From positions 975,632 to 1,039,631 of the forward strand of contig OZ007038.1 in assembly GCA_963931685.1 (NCBI GenBank): a DNA stretch of 64,000 nucleotides, in the 5' to 3' direction. Under the pieces are notes generated by a model, which was not told the origin of the DNA, made no database searches, and saw only the letters and a list, made by a program, of their open reading frames with translations. Shown piece by piece: positions 38,072-48,496 of this stretch. The first letter of the stretch is position 1, and every line of letters begins with the position of its first letter. This stretch comes from an uncultured Bacilli bacterium (GTDB lineage Bacteria; Bacillota_I; Bacilli_A; RF39; UBA660). The position numbers were made by a program, and so were the translations under genes.

Positions 38072-39040
38072 TTATATTTTAGCAAATTCATCAATTACTT
38101 TTAAAAATTCTTCTTTAGTTTTAGTTTGGAATAATTTTAATTTATATGGAGCAGCACCGGGAATACCTTTTAAGTAATAGCTGGCTTCTGTTCTCATTTC
38201 TAATAAGGCAACTTTTTCTGGTTTTATTTCTAGCAAATAATTTAGATGTTTTTTTATCATATTTATTTTATCTTCTTTAGTAGGATCTTCTAATAATTCA
38301 CCTGTTTCTAAATAATGAACTGTATTTTTTATTATCCAAGGGTTTCCAAGGGATGCTCTTGCTATCATGATGGCGTCACAATTTGTTTCATCTAACATTC
38401 TTTTAGCGTCTATTGGAGATTTAATATCACCATTTCCTATTACTGGAATATTAACGTTTTTCTTAACTTCTTTAATAATATTCCAATCTGCTTTACCACT
38501 ATATCCTTGAGCTCTAGTTCTCCCATGAACAGTTACAGCACTTGCGCCAGCTTTTTCACAAATTTGCGCTATTTCAACAGCATTTATACTATTACTATCC
38601 CAACCACTTCTAATTTTAACAGTTACTGGAATGCTTACAGCTTCTACTACAGCCTTAACTATTTCATAAACTTTATCTGGATTTTTTAATAAGGCACTAC
38701 CTGCCTGGCTTGATACAGCAACTTTTGGAACTGGACAGCCCATATTTATATCAATTATATCTGGGTGCATGTTCTTTTCAATATAAAGGGCAGCTTGGAC
38801 GAATGATTCCTTATCATTACCAAAGATTTGCTGTGAAAGAGGTCTTTCATATTCTGTCATATAAAGCATATCAATTGTTTTTTTACTACCATAGCAAATA
38901 GCTTTATCACTGACCATTTCGGCAACTATTAGACCACATCCCATTTCTTTAGCAATTCTTCTAAAGGCACTATTACTTATTCCGGCCATTGGTCCTAATA
39001 CAACTTTATTTTCTATTTCAACATTTCCAATCTTCCACAT
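38072..39040 (-). CDS. dusB: tRNA-dihydrouridine synthase
   Basis: LGPMAGIS, DINMGCPVPKV, VTVKIRSG, TVHGRTRAQGYSGKADW, GNGDI; start placed at MWKIG (39040). Confidence 0.93.
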   Translation of the reverse strand: MWKIGNVEIENKVVLGPMAGISNSAFRRIAKEMGCGLIVAEMVSDKAICYGSKKTIDMLYMTEYERPLSQQIFGNDKESFVQAALYIEKNMHPDIIDINMGCPVPKVAVSSQAGSALLKNPDKVYEIVKAVVEAVSIPVTVKIRSGWDSNSINAVEIAQICEKAGASAVTVHGRTRAQGYSGKADWNIIKEVKKNVNIPVIGNGDIKSPIDAKRMLDETNCDAIMIARASLGNPWIIKNTVHYLETGELLEDPTKEDKINMIKKHLNYLLEIKPEKVALLEMRTEASYYLKGIPGAAPYKLKLFQTKTKEEFLKVIDEFAKI

Positions 39041-39358
39041 TGATATCACACCTTTTTTAATATTTGATAACAAAGATTTCCTCAAACGAATTATATACTA
39101 ATTTAGCACATAATACAAGTAAATTATTTTAAGGATACTGGATAAAAACAAAAAATTGAATTAGATTCAATGAAATATGAAAAAAAGTAAAAAAACATGT
39201 TAAATTTAATTTTGAGTATCAAAAATGACTGAAATTGTATATTTTTTCTAAGGGAAAACTTAATTTTAAGTTGGTTTTTTTATTTAAAATATTTATTTTG
39301 GTCTTTTGTTTTGTTAAAAACTTTTCTATATACTACTAACCCGAAAGGAGAAAAAAGT

Positions 39359-40189
39359 ATGAAAAAAAAGTTTTATAAAGGAACAAATGACCAAATGTTT
39401 AAAGCAATATTTACAGCAAAGAAAAATGAATACCTTTTAAAAGAATTTATTAGAAGGAGTTTAAAAAATGTTTTAAATAGTAATTTAGATGATTTAAAAA
39501 TATTATCTACAGAAGTAGTTAAAACAAATATAAATATAAAAGGAAAAACTGTTGATGTTTTGGCTGAAACAAAAGATGAGATTCTTAATATTGAACTTAA
39601 TAATACATATTATTCATCATTACATAAAAGGAATGCGGCATATATATTTAGTAAGTATTCTGAAGAGACAAAGGTAAGTGAAACATATGATAAAATGAAA
39701 ACCTTTATACAAATAAATTTAACTAAAGGGTTAAAAAAAGAATATCCATTATTAGAAATCTATACATTAAAAGGAGAAAAATCAGATAATAAATATATTG
39801 ATAATTTAATAATCCTTGAATTTAATATAGATAAAATAAAGGATAGCTGGTATAATGGAGATAAAGAATTTAACTTTGTAGCTGCCTTAGATTTAGAAGA
39901 AAAAGAATTAGATAAAATATGTGAAGGTGATGAATATATGGAACTATTTGAAAAAGAGGTAAAAAGACTTAATGAAGACCAAAAATTTACAGCTTTTATG
40001 TCTGATGAAGAAGAAGCTGAAAAATTAAGAAAGACATTAATATCAGAGGCCAAAACAGAAGGTATAAAAGAAGGTACTACTAAAAGAAATATTGAGATTG
40101 CTAAAAACATGTTGGAAAGCGATATGCTTCCAGAGGTCATTTCAAAAATAACTGGACTTTCAATCGCTGAAATTGAAGCATTAAAATAG
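39359..40189 (+). CDS. Rpn-family PD-(D/E)XK nuclease / putative transposase
   Basis: NDQMFKAIF, VDVLAE...LNIELN, C-terminal EGIKEG...IEIAKNML...ISKITGLSIAEI. Confidence 0.8.
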   Translation: MKKKFYKGTNDQMFKAIFTAKKNEYLLKEFIRRSLKNVLNSNLDDLKILSTEVVKTNINIKGKTVDVLAETKDEILNIELNNTYYSSLHKRNAAYIFSKYSEETKVSETYDKMKTFIQINLTKGLKKEYPLLEIYTLKGEKSDNKYIDNLIILEFNIDKIKDSWYNGDKEFNFVAALDLEEKELDKICEGDEYMELFEKEVKRLNEDQKFTAFMSDEEEAEKLRKTLISEAKTEGIKEGTTKRNIEIAKNMLESDMLPEVISKITGLSIAEIEALK

Positions 40190-40250
40190 AACTTTCAAAT
40201 AAAATTTTGATAGTTCTTTTTTTTAATAAAAACATACCTTATCAGTATGT

Positions 40251-40724
40251 TTAACATGGTGATTTATCTAATTTGCATTCAGATGGGTCTTTTTTTGTTA
40301 ACGTTACTTTTTTATCACCAGGGTTTTTAGTAGCACAGTCACCGGTTGCTTTATTATAAACAGCCATATAAACATCACCATTACTATCAATGAATATATT
40401 ACCACTATCTGGGTTTTGACCTGTATATTCAATTATTCTTTCGTTAGATGTTTCACACTGCTTATTAGCATTATTCAAATATTTATTAGTTTCTTCCCTA
40501 TTTTTAAAAGTAACTAATAGCGGAAGTTTAGTATCACTTTTTAAAGTTAAAGCTGTGTAGTAACTATCGGCAGCTTTAGATAAACTAAGGGCATTATCTT
40601 CAAAGGCTTGTGATGAAGATGTGTTTAAAATATTAAGAACTATGGGTGCTGTTATAGTTGCTAGAAGTGCAATAATGGCTAAAACCGCTAATAGTTCAAC
40701 TAAGCTAAAACCTTTATTATTCAT
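40251..40724 (-). CDS. Type IV prepilin-like protein
   Basis: KGFSLVELLAVLAIIALLATITAP. Confidence 0.85.
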   Translation of the reverse strand: MNNKGFSLVELLAVLAIIALLATITAPIVLNILNTSSSQAFEDNALSLSKAADSYYTALTLKSDTKLPLLVTFKNREETNKYLNNANKQCETSNERIIEYTGQNPDSGNIFIDSNGDVYMAVYNKATGDCATKNPGDKKVTLTKKDPSECKLDKSPC

Positions 40725-40725
40725 T

Positions 40726-41121
40726 TTAACATTCTCCTTCTACTTCGACATATTTATAGTTATATTTTTTTGAATCACTAGTTACTGTAATATAATCATT
40801 TAACATTTGACAGTTTTTTTCACTATTAATCGTTGTACTATCAATATATCCTTCATCCAGTAATGTTTGAATTTTAATATTACCATCATTTCCATATGTT
40901 TTTTCACTAGTATCAGTAGCTAGAGCTTTTGGAAATGAATCCATATTATCATTAACATATTCTCTAGTTGCACTAACAGCAAAATCTTGCATAGATTTAT
41001 CTGTTTCTTCTTGTGAGCTATTTAATAATCCTAGAACAGCTGGAAATACTATTACTGCAATTATAGCTAAAATAACGATTGCTCCTAATAATTCTGCTAA
41101 AGTAAATCCTTTATTTTTCAT
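40726..41121 (-). CDS. Type IV prepilin-like protein
   Basis: KGFTLAELLGAIVILAIIAVIVFP. Confidence 0.85.
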   Translation of the reverse strand: MKNKGFTLAELLGAIVILAIIAVIVFPAVLGLLNSSQEETDKSMQDFAVSATREYVNDNMDSFPKALATDTSEKTYGNDGNIKIQTLLDEGYIDSTTINSEKNCQMLNDYITVTSDSKKYNYKYVEVEGEC

Positions 41122-41168
41122 TTTCTCACCTACTTTAGTATAATTATACCATAAAAAAAAGAAAAAGA

Positions 41169-41933
41169 TTAGTTTACTTGATGAAAATCTAATCTTAATT
41201 TATCAGCAATTGTAACCATAAATTCTGAGTTAGTGGGTTTCGCTTTATCTATATCAACGCTAAAGCCAAATATTTCTTCCATAAATTCTAAATTTCCTCT
41301 GTTCCAACTTACTTCTATTGCATGTCTTATGGCTCTTTCAACTCTAGAGGTTGTTGTATTAAATTTCTTAGCTAGCTCTGGATATAATTCTTTTGTAATT
41401 CCACCAATTACTGATGGATTTTCAAAAATTATATTTACAGCTTCTCTTATATACTGATATCCTTTAATATGTGAAGGAATACCTAATTCATGGAGCATTT
41501 TAGTTATTGAAACTTGTAAGTTACTTGCATAGAAATCTATATTTTGTTTTTTATTTTCTTTTTTAGTTATATCATATATTCTTTTTTCTAAATCTGTTAA
41601 ATCAAAAGGTTTTAGAATGTAATAGCTTACTCCAAATTCTGATACTTCTCTTATTACTTCAGCGGCATTATAGCTAGTTGCGACTATTACTTTTTTATTT
41701 ATGCCACGTTTTTTCATTTCGCTTAAAACGTATATTCCATCTTTATGTGGCATAATTAAATCTAAAATTATTAAGTCTATTTTATCTTTGTTTTTAGTTA
41801 ATTCGTTTATTCCTTCTTCTCCATCATGAGCTTCAAAGGTGATTTCTACTTCTTCATTATCTTTAAAATATTCTTTAACCATTTCTATAAGATTTATATT
41901 GTCATCAATCATTAAAATATTAATTCTTTCCAT
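41169..41933 (-). CDS. spo0A: Sporulation master regulator Spo0A
   Basis: Receiver domain IDDN/LDLIMP/KPF; effector [42 protein letters not shown]. Confidence 0.97.
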   Translation of the reverse strand: MERINILMIDDNINLIEMVKEYFKDNEEVEITFEAHDGEEGINELTKNKDKIDLIILDLIMPHKDGIYVLSEMKKRGINKKVIVATSYNAAEVIREVSEFGVSYYILKPFDLTDLEKRIYDITKKENKKQNIDFYASNLQVSITKMLHELGIPSHIKGYQYIREAVNIIFENPSVIGGITKELYPELAKKFNTTTSRVERAIRHAIEVSWNRGNLEFMEEIFGFSVDIDKAKPTNSEFMVTIADKLRLDFHQVN

Positions 41934-42008
41934 TTTTCATTCCCCTTTACTATATTCAAATTATACAAAAGATTGACACTATTTTCTAGAGTAAAAAATA
42001 GCTAGTTT

Positions 42009-42015
42009 TGTCGAA
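42009..42015 (+). promoter_or_regulatory. Spo0A box upstream of spo0A
   Basis: Exact TGTCGAA about 76 bp before the start codon. Confidence 0.6.
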
Positions 42016-42037
42016 TAAAAATTTAAAAAAATAGAAG

Positions 42038-42733
42038 TTACGTGTGTGCAACTTCTATAATTTTTTTTAAACTGTTTGGATTTGTAGCAGCTTTACCAAT
42101 TAAGAAACCATCAATATTTGTTATTTGATTTAATTTTTCTATGTTTTCTTCGGAAACACTACCACCATATAAAACTTTTATTTTATAGTTAAATAAGCTT
42201 TTAATGTAATTTACAATATCCGTTATTTCTTCGTTTGTTGGTGTTTTACCAGTTCCTATAGCCCATACTGGTTCATAGGAGATAATTATTTCTTTATCTA
42301 CGTCTTTTAAGGCGTTAAATATTTGTGTTTTTAATATTTCTTTTGTTTGGTTTTGATTATATGCTTCTAAATTTTCACCAATACATAATATAGGTATTAA
42401 GTCATGATTTAAAGCATTTTTAATTTTAATATTGATTAAGTCGTCTGTTTCATTATTACTTTGTCTGATTTCACTATGACCTATTAATATGTACTTTGCC
42501 CCCATATCTTTGATGGATAGTGCGGATGTCTCTCCTGTATGTGGGCCTTCTTTATGAATAGAGATATTTTGTATTCCGCATGTATATCCATTTTGAATAA
42601 ATCTATCTAAGTAGATAATTGGTGGAAAAGCAATGAATTTATCTTTTTCTTTGTTTAAATCATTTAAGTAGTTTTTAACATCTATTTTAGTATTTTGATA
42701 CATTTTAAGGTTAGCTAATATTAATTTTTTCAT
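42038..42733 (-). CDS. tpiA: Triosephosphate isomerase
   Basis: ANLKM, GPHTGETS, IGHSEIR, SYEPVWAIGTG, LYGGSV. Confidence 0.95.
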   Translation of the reverse strand: MKKLILANLKMYQNTKIDVKNYLNDLNKEKDKFIAFPPIIYLDRFIQNGYTCGIQNISIHKEGPHTGETSALSIKDMGAKYILIGHSEIRQSNNETDDLINIKIKNALNHDLIPILCIGENLEAYNQNQTKEILKTQIFNALKDVDKEIIISYEPVWAIGTGKTPTNEEITDIVNYIKSLFNYKIKVLYGGSVSEENIEKLNQITNIDGFLIGKAATNPNSLKKIIEVAHT

Positions 42734-43953
42734 GAAAAAACCTTTCTAATTAAGTTTACTATTTTTTCTCTATAGCCTGGTTTACGGTTATTAATGGCTA
42801 ATTTATATACATCTAAAACTTTTTCAGCAAAGTATTTTGACGAATGAAGTTCAGCACTATTTCTAGCTCCATTTTGAATTTGACTTAATAATTTTTTATC
42901 ATTCATAATTTTTAAAATTTTCTCTTTACAAGATGTTTCATCTTTAAATAAATAACCATTTAAATCATCGACTACTGTATCTCTAAAACTTTCATCATCA
43001 ATGCATAAAGCTGGTAATGATGCGGCCATAGCTTCTATAATGGTTAAACCTTGAGTCTCACTTTGAGATGCAGATATGAAAATATCGGCTAGCTGGTAGT
43101 AAATTGGAATATCATCCCATGGTACTTTACCAGTAAATATTATATTATTTTCTGCGTGTTTTTCTTTAGTTAGTTTTTCATATGCTTCTTTATCAGGTCC
43201 ATCCCCTATTATTAATAATTTGAAGTTTGGGTTTGCTTGAATTAAATCTTCGGTTATATTAATTAAAAAAGGGATATTTTTTTCTTCTGCTATACGACCA
43301 ACAAAAACGGCTGTAAAATCTTTTTTAGAAATATTATACTGTTTTTTTAAGATGTTTATTTTTTTAGGATCTATTTTTTCTTTATAAAATCTTTCTACTT
43401 CAATACCAGTTGGGATTATATGTATATTTCTTTCAACATTATATTTCTTTTTAAATAAGTCATAAGCTTTTTTTGTCGGAACAATTAGTTCATTGATTGT
43501 TTTATCACAGTAGAACTTGGTTAAATATTCTACTAGTTTTTTACTTGATCTATCAAAATGCCCTCTAGTTATATAATGAACATAATCTTCATACATTGTA
43601 TGATATGTATGAACGATTGGAATATTATATTGTTTTGCGAATAATCTAGCAAATGTTCCAATTGCAAATTCTGTTTGTGAATGGATAACATCTAAATTCC
43701 AGCTTTTTATTTTATTTATAGCTTTTATTGGATAAATGCTTGTTAATCTAGAATCATATATTCCGGTTGGAATTCCTGGGATTCTTAAAACTTTTTCTTT
43801 TTCATCATATTCATATTTGGAGCTTATTAAATTGGCGGTAACGACATATACTTCATGTCCTTTTTTTTCTAGGGCTTTTTTTAACATGAGTTCACTGGTG
43901 ACTAGTCCACTAATATATGGTGTGTATGTTTCTGTAAATATTCCTATACGCAT
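42730..43953 (-). CDS. GT4 glycosyltransferase (diacylglycerol glucosyltransferase-like)
   Basis: MRIGIFTETYTPYISG, HSQTEF, HTYHTMYEDY, FVGRIAEEKN, SETQGLTIIEAMAA. Confidence 0.88.
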   Translation of the reverse strand: MRIGIFTETYTPYISGLVTSELMLKKALEKKGHEVYVVTANLISSKYEYDEKEKVLRIPGIPTGIYDSRLTSIYPIKAINKIKSWNLDVIHSQTEFAIGTFARLFAKQYNIPIVHTYHTMYEDYVHYITRGHFDRSSKKLVEYLTKFYCDKTINELIVPTKKAYDLFKKKYNVERNIHIIPTGIEVERFYKEKIDPKKINILKKQYNISKKDFTAVFVGRIAEEKNIPFLINITEDLIQANPNFKLLIIGDGPDKEAYEKLTKEKHAENNIIFTGKVPWDDIPIYYQLADIFISASQSETQGLTIIEAMAASLPALCIDDESFRDTVVDDLNGYLFKDETSCKEKILKIMNDKKLLSQIQNGARNSAELHSSKYFAEKVLDVYKLAINNRKPGYREKIVNLIRKVFS

Positions 43954-44951
43954 TATTTTGCCTCCCTATTAAAGTTTAAAGCTATACCGCCAACTAAGAT
44001 TCCAAAATAGTATGTTACTAATCTCCAGACAATCATGATAATTGATAGTTTAGGACCTGTAACAAAGTTTTTGAAGAATGCTAAGAAACTAAATTCTAAG
44101 CCACCGGTACCTCCTGGAATTGGAACCATTGAACCAATTAACATAACATAAGCAGATGTTATTATTACTAGTAATGGATTTATATATATTCCGAGTCCCA
44201 TTAATAAAGTGAATGGTATTAGGTACTGTCCAACTAAGGCTATGAAATTTAAAGAAATTATTCTAATCATGTTAAATTTATCTTTGAATAAAATAATAGC
44301 ACTTTGATGAAAGTTGTGGATAAATTTTTCTGATTTTTTTAGTTTTTCCTCTTTATCTTTTATAATTTTTAATTTATGTAATAAAGTTACTGTACCATCA
44401 ATTATTTTTTTATTCCATTTTTTACTAAATGCGACAACAAATAATACTATGACAACTACTGTGTTTATAATAAAACCAATTGTAACTAATTTTTTTAGTA
44501 ATGAATCACTTGGAAAAATGTGCATTATATAATTAGCAGTTATTGCACACCCGCCTAAGAAAACTAGGGCTATTTGGTATGCTATAAAATCTTGAATTAC
44601 AACGTTTGTGGACTGTCCCAATGTTAATCCATCTTTTTTTAATTTATATATTTGCCATGGTTGACCACCAGCTGCGAACGGTGTAATGGCGTGAAAAAAC
44701 TGGGTAGTTATCATTAATAGAATTCCCTTTTTCTCGGTATATTTTTTATTTACTTTTGAAGCGCAGTAATATAACACTAATCCTTTTAAAAACCAATAAG
44801 CGATAATTAAAAGAAATGATAGTATTAACCATTTTATATCAAAAGATAATAAGTATTCTATTTTTTGAGCAAAGTTATCTTTTAATACAAAGTATAATAT
44901 TATGGCGGTGATGGCTATAATTATTATAAAGTTTCTTTTATTTTTTTTCAT
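43953..44951 (-). CDS. UPF0104 / lysylphosphatidylglycerol-synthase-TM flippase-like protein
   Basis: QFFHAITPFAAGGQP, PIPGGTGGLEFSF, WRLVTYY. Confidence 0.82.
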   Translation of the reverse strand: MKKNKRNFIIIIAITAIILYFVLKDNFAQKIEYLLSFDIKWLILSFLLIIAYWFLKGLVLYYCASKVNKKYTEKKGILLMITTQFFHAITPFAAGGQPWQIYKLKKDGLTLGQSTNVVIQDFIAYQIALVFLGGCAITANYIMHIFPSDSLLKKLVTIGFIINTVVVIVLFVVAFSKKWNKKIIDGTVTLLHKLKIIKDKEEKLKKSEKFIHNFHQSAIILFKDKFNMIRIISLNFIALVGQYLIPFTLLMGLGIYINPLLVIITSAYVMLIGSMVPIPGGTGGLEFSFLAFFKNFVTGPKLSIIMIVWRLVTYYFGILVGGIALNFNREAK

Positions 44952-46125
44952 TAATTATTTTTAGAGCTGGAAGCTCAATTCCTTCTAAGAAAGCGAGTGA
45001 TGCCCCACCACCTGTTGATACATGACTAATTTTATTTTCATAGTTAAAAGTTGCAGCTGCTCTAGCCGTGTCTCCTCCACCAACTAATGTATAGGCTTTA
45101 GTATTAGTAATGATTTCAAATAATTCTTTTGTACCGTTTTCAAACCCTTTTGTTTCAAAACAGCCAACTGGACCATTCCAAAATATGGTTTTACAATCAT
45201 CTAAATATTGTTTGAAAACTTCTAATGTTCTTGGTCCTATATCTAGTCCCATTTCATCTTCTTCAATTTCATTAATGAATCTTTCATGAGTTTTGGTATT
45301 ATCTTTTATTTCAGTGGCGGTTATTACATCAATTGGTAATATTAATTTATCAGGGTAGTTTTCTAACATTTCTTTACAGTATGCTAGTTTTTCTCTTTCA
45401 CATAATGAAGAGCCTATATTAAATCCAGCTGCTTTTAGAAATGTAAAGGCCATACCGCCACCTATTAGAATATAGTCTGCTTTGGTTATTAAATTACTAA
45501 TGACACCAATTTTATCACTGACTTTAGCTCCACCTAAAATAATTGTATATGGTTTTCTAGGTTTATTTGTTAGTTTGGTTAATTTTTTTATTTCTTCTTC
45601 TACAAGAAAACCTAAACCATTTGGAATATTACTGGCAATTCCTAGGTTAGAAGCATGGGATCTATGAATTGTTCCAAAGGCATCATTAATGAAAATATCA
45701 CCTAAGCTAGCCCAATATTTACCTAATTCTTTATCATTATTACTTTCTTTTTTTCCATCTAAATCTTCAAATCTTGTGTTTTCTATTAAGATAACATCTT
45801 TATCTTTCATGTTATCAATGGCATTTTCTAGATTTTGTCCTCTAGTTTCATTAATAAATTTTACTTTTTTTCTTAATAATTTTGAAAGTCTTTCAGCAAC
45901 TGGTTTTAGGGTATATTTTTCTTTATCTTCTATGGTTTTTACCCTTCCTAAATGAGACATTAAAATAACTTTAGCGCCTTGTTTTCTAGCGTATCTAATT
46001 GTTTTTAAACTTTTCTTTATTCTGCTTTCATCTTTAATGATTCCATTTTCAATTGGAACATTAAAATCACATCTAATAATTACTTTTTTACCACTTAAAT
46101 CATAGTCTTTGATTGTTTTTTTCAT
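44938..46125 (-). CDS. pgk: Phosphoglycerate kinase
   Basis: RCDFNVP, SHLGR, ENTRF, NDAFGTIHRSHAS, GGAKVSDKI, VSTGGGASL. Confidence 0.97.
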   Translation of the reverse strand: MKKTIKDYDLSGKKVIIRCDFNVPIENGIIKDESRIKKSLKTIRYARKQGAKVILMSHLGRVKTIEDKEKYTLKPVAERLSKLLRKKVKFINETRGQNLENAIDNMKDKDVILIENTRFEDLDGKKESNNDKELGKYWASLGDIFINDAFGTIHRSHASNLGIASNIPNGLGFLVEEEIKKLTKLTNKPRKPYTIILGGAKVSDKIGVISNLITKADYILIGGGMAFTFLKAAGFNIGSSLCEREKLAYCKEMLENYPDKLILPIDVITATEIKDNTKTHERFINEIEEDEMGLDIGPRTLEVFKQYLDDCKTIFWNGPVGCFETKGFENGTKELFEIITNTKAYTLVGGGDTARAAATFNYENKISHVSTGGGASLAFLEGIELPALKIINEKK

Positions 46126-46136
46126 TAGTTTTCCTC

Positions 46137-46517
46137 CTAACTAGAATAAGTATATTTAAGTGTGCCGTTTTGATTTCTTACTGTGACAGAACCCCCTTCT
46201 TCAATTAGTGGTCTATCTGTTTTCGGATTTCTTAAGGTACCTTGGATAACACCACTTGCGACTAAAACATCTGTGTGAATATTTACAGATGCTCCATTTG
46301 TAGTTTTTAAATTTGCATATTCGGACCTATCAGAATGCGTTTCAACATATATTTCGGCAGCGTTTTCAATATTATCAACATATCTTTTATAATTTTGCTC
46401 TTGTGATTTTTTATTTGTCGATACAATGCTTGGAACAGAAACTAATATAATTGCTCCTAATAAAACTAATATGGCTAGTAATTCAATTAGCGTAAACCCA
46501 TTTTTCATTCTTATCAC
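46137..46517 (-). CDS. Type IV prepilin-like protein
   Basis: NGFTLIELLAILVLLGAIILVSVP. Confidence 0.85.
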   Translation of the reverse strand: MIRMKNGFTLIELLAILVLLGAIILVSVPSIVSTNKKSQEQNYKRYVDNIENAAEIYVETHSDRSEYANLKTTNGASVNIHTDVLVASGVIQGTLRNPKTDRPLIEEGGSVTVRNQNGTLKYTYSS

Positions 46518-46614
46518 CTACTTTTTATTTTATACTATTTTTTCGATAATAACAAGTTTATTTTAGGTTTTATAATAATTATGGTTTTACATTTTACAAA
46601 TAAAACCCCATGTT

Positions 46615-47403
46615 TTAAATGGGGTTGTTTGAAGAATCTGAATTTTCTTCTTTATTATTTTCTTCTGTATCTTCGCTTTTTTCTGGTAAATTTACATTTT
46701 CTTCTTTTTTTGAAACTGTAATAACAACTATTTCTGTGTTTTCTATTTTTTTACCAGCTTTAACACTTTGTTTTAATACTATATTTTCTTCATCTGATGT
46801 TTCATATTCTATTTCATATTTTATTTTATTTTTATTTAACAAGGTTATTGCATTATCTAGGGTTAAGCCTTCAACATCTGGCATGGTTACTTTTGTGTCT
46901 AACACACCGACTGTTAATTTAATAATTGTATTTTCCATAACTTTGGAGCCAGCTTTTTTATTTTGTTTTATAACTACTCCAACTTCATCTTCATCAGTAA
47001 CTAACTTCTCGGTCATTTGAGCTTGTAAGTTTGATTCTTTTAACAAATCTTCAGCATCTTCATAGGTATAGCCTTCAACATCAGGAACTACTATATTTTG
47101 ATTTTGATAGATATAATATCCTAGAAAAGCAGCAGCTCCTAAGGCCGCTATACTTAATAATATGAAGAAAAACATCATAAAGCTTTGAAAAAAACTCATT
47201 TTACCTTTTTGTTTATCATTATTATTTTTATATTTTATCTTAGTTTTTGTTCTACTTTTAGTTTTGGTTTTACCGCGTTTGTGTTTTGGTTTTAAATTAC
47301 TTTTTTGATTATAATTTTCGACTTCTTCATCTAGTGGGAAACCACATCTTTTACAGAAGAATGAGTCATAATCGTTTTCCATTCCACATTTTGGACAATT
47401 CAT
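46615..47403 (-). CDS. Zinc-ribbon / TM / tandem PASTA domain protein
   Basis: CPKCG...CKRCG, one TM helix, VVPDVEGYTYEDA and TMPDVEGLTLDNA PASTA repeats. Confidence 0.85.
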   Translation of the reverse strand: MNCPKCGMENDYDSFFCKRCGFPLDEEVENYNQKSNLKPKHKRGKTKTKSRTKTKIKYKNNNDKQKGKMSFFQSFMMFFFILLSIAALGAAAFLGYYIYQNQNIVVPDVEGYTYEDAEDLLKESNLQAQMTEKLVTDEDEVGVVIKQNKKAGSKVMENTIIKLTVGVLDTKVTMPDVEGLTLDNAITLLNKNKIKYEIEYETSDEENIVLKQSVKAGKKIENTEIVVITVSKKEENVNLPEKSEDTEENNKEENSDSSNNPI

Positions 47404-47477
47404 AATATCACCTCACACTAATATTATAGTCTTTTTATAAATTTTGACAAATTTAAAAGAAGATAAGTTTTATCTTC

Positions 47478-48479
47478 TTATTTGAATAAATATTTGGCAG
47501 TTCTAACCATTTGAGATGAATAACTCATTTCATTATCATACCATGCGACTACTTTTACTAAATCACCGTTTTCGGTTTCTAAAACGTCTGTTAGTAATCC
47601 ATCGACAATTCCTCCATGAGTTTCACCAATGACATCACTTGAAACAATTGGGTCCGTAGTATAACCTAATGTTTCATTTTGATTTTGTTTGAATACTTCA
47701 TTTATTTCTTCTTTTGTCACTTTTTTATTTAACTCTAAGGTTAAATCAACAACAGAACCTGTAGTTACTGGAACTCTAATGGCATTTCCATCTAATTTAC
47801 CATTTAAACTAGGTATTACTAACCCTAGGGCACTAGCGGCTCCTGTTGAAGTTGGTATTATATTAGCAGCTGCAGCTCTACCTCTTCTTGATTTGGCGCC
47901 TTTTTTATGAGGAACATCTAATACTGATTGGTCATTAGTATAGGCATGAACAGTTGTCATATATCCTTTCTTTATTCCAAAAGCATTGTTTAAAATGTTG
48001 ACTACTGGAGCTAAACAATTCGTTGTACATGATGCAGCACTTATAATTTGTTCTGTTCCATCTAATGTATTTTCGTTTACTCCATAAACTATTGTTTTTA
48101 AATCGCCTTTTGCTGGTGCTGAAATAATTACTTTTTTTGCGCCTGCATTTATATGAGCTTCAGCTTTTTCTTTACTTGTGAATTTACCTGTACATTCAAA
48201 TACAGCATCTATATCTAATTCTTTCCATGGCAAATTATTTGGGTCCATTTCTTTATATATTTTTATTTTTCTTTGTTTTACAATGATACCATCTTCATCA
48301 TATGTGATTTCGTTTGGTAAGTATCTTCTATGTGATGTATCATATTTAAGAAGATATGCGAGGTCTTCTGGGCTTGTTAAGTCATTGATGGCAACTACTT
48401 CCATTTCTGGATCTTCTTCCATAATTCTAAATACTAATCTTCCTATACGGCCAAAACCATTAATTGCTACTTTTATCAT
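47478..48479 (-). CDS. gap: Glyceraldehyde-3-phosphate dehydrogenase
   Basis: VAINGFGRIGR, SAASCTTNCLAP, MTTVHAYT, WYDNE. Confidence 0.98.
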   Translation of the reverse strand: MIKVAINGFGRIGRLVFRIMEEDPEMEVVAINDLTSPEDLAYLLKYDTSHRRYLPNEITYDEDGIIVKQRKIKIYKEMDPNNLPWKELDIDAVFECTGKFTSKEKAEAHINAGAKKVIISAPAKGDLKTIVYGVNENTLDGTEQIISAASCTTNCLAPVVNILNNAFGIKKGYMTTVHAYTNDQSVLDVPHKKGAKSRRGRAAAANIIPTSTGAASALGLVIPSLNGKLDGNAIRVPVTTGSVVDLTLELNKKVTKEEINEVFKQNQNETLGYTTDPIVSSDVIGETHGGIVDGLLTDVLETENGDLVKVVAWYDNEMSYSSQMVRTAKYLFK

Positions 48480-48496
48480 TTTATCAAATCCTTTCT

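Noticed and set aside
32124-47436. Shared tattatagtctttt motif upstream of the adhesin and the PASTA gene
   Set aside because: It is explained by a TATAAT -10 box in AT-rich DNA; two copies are too few to call a regulon.
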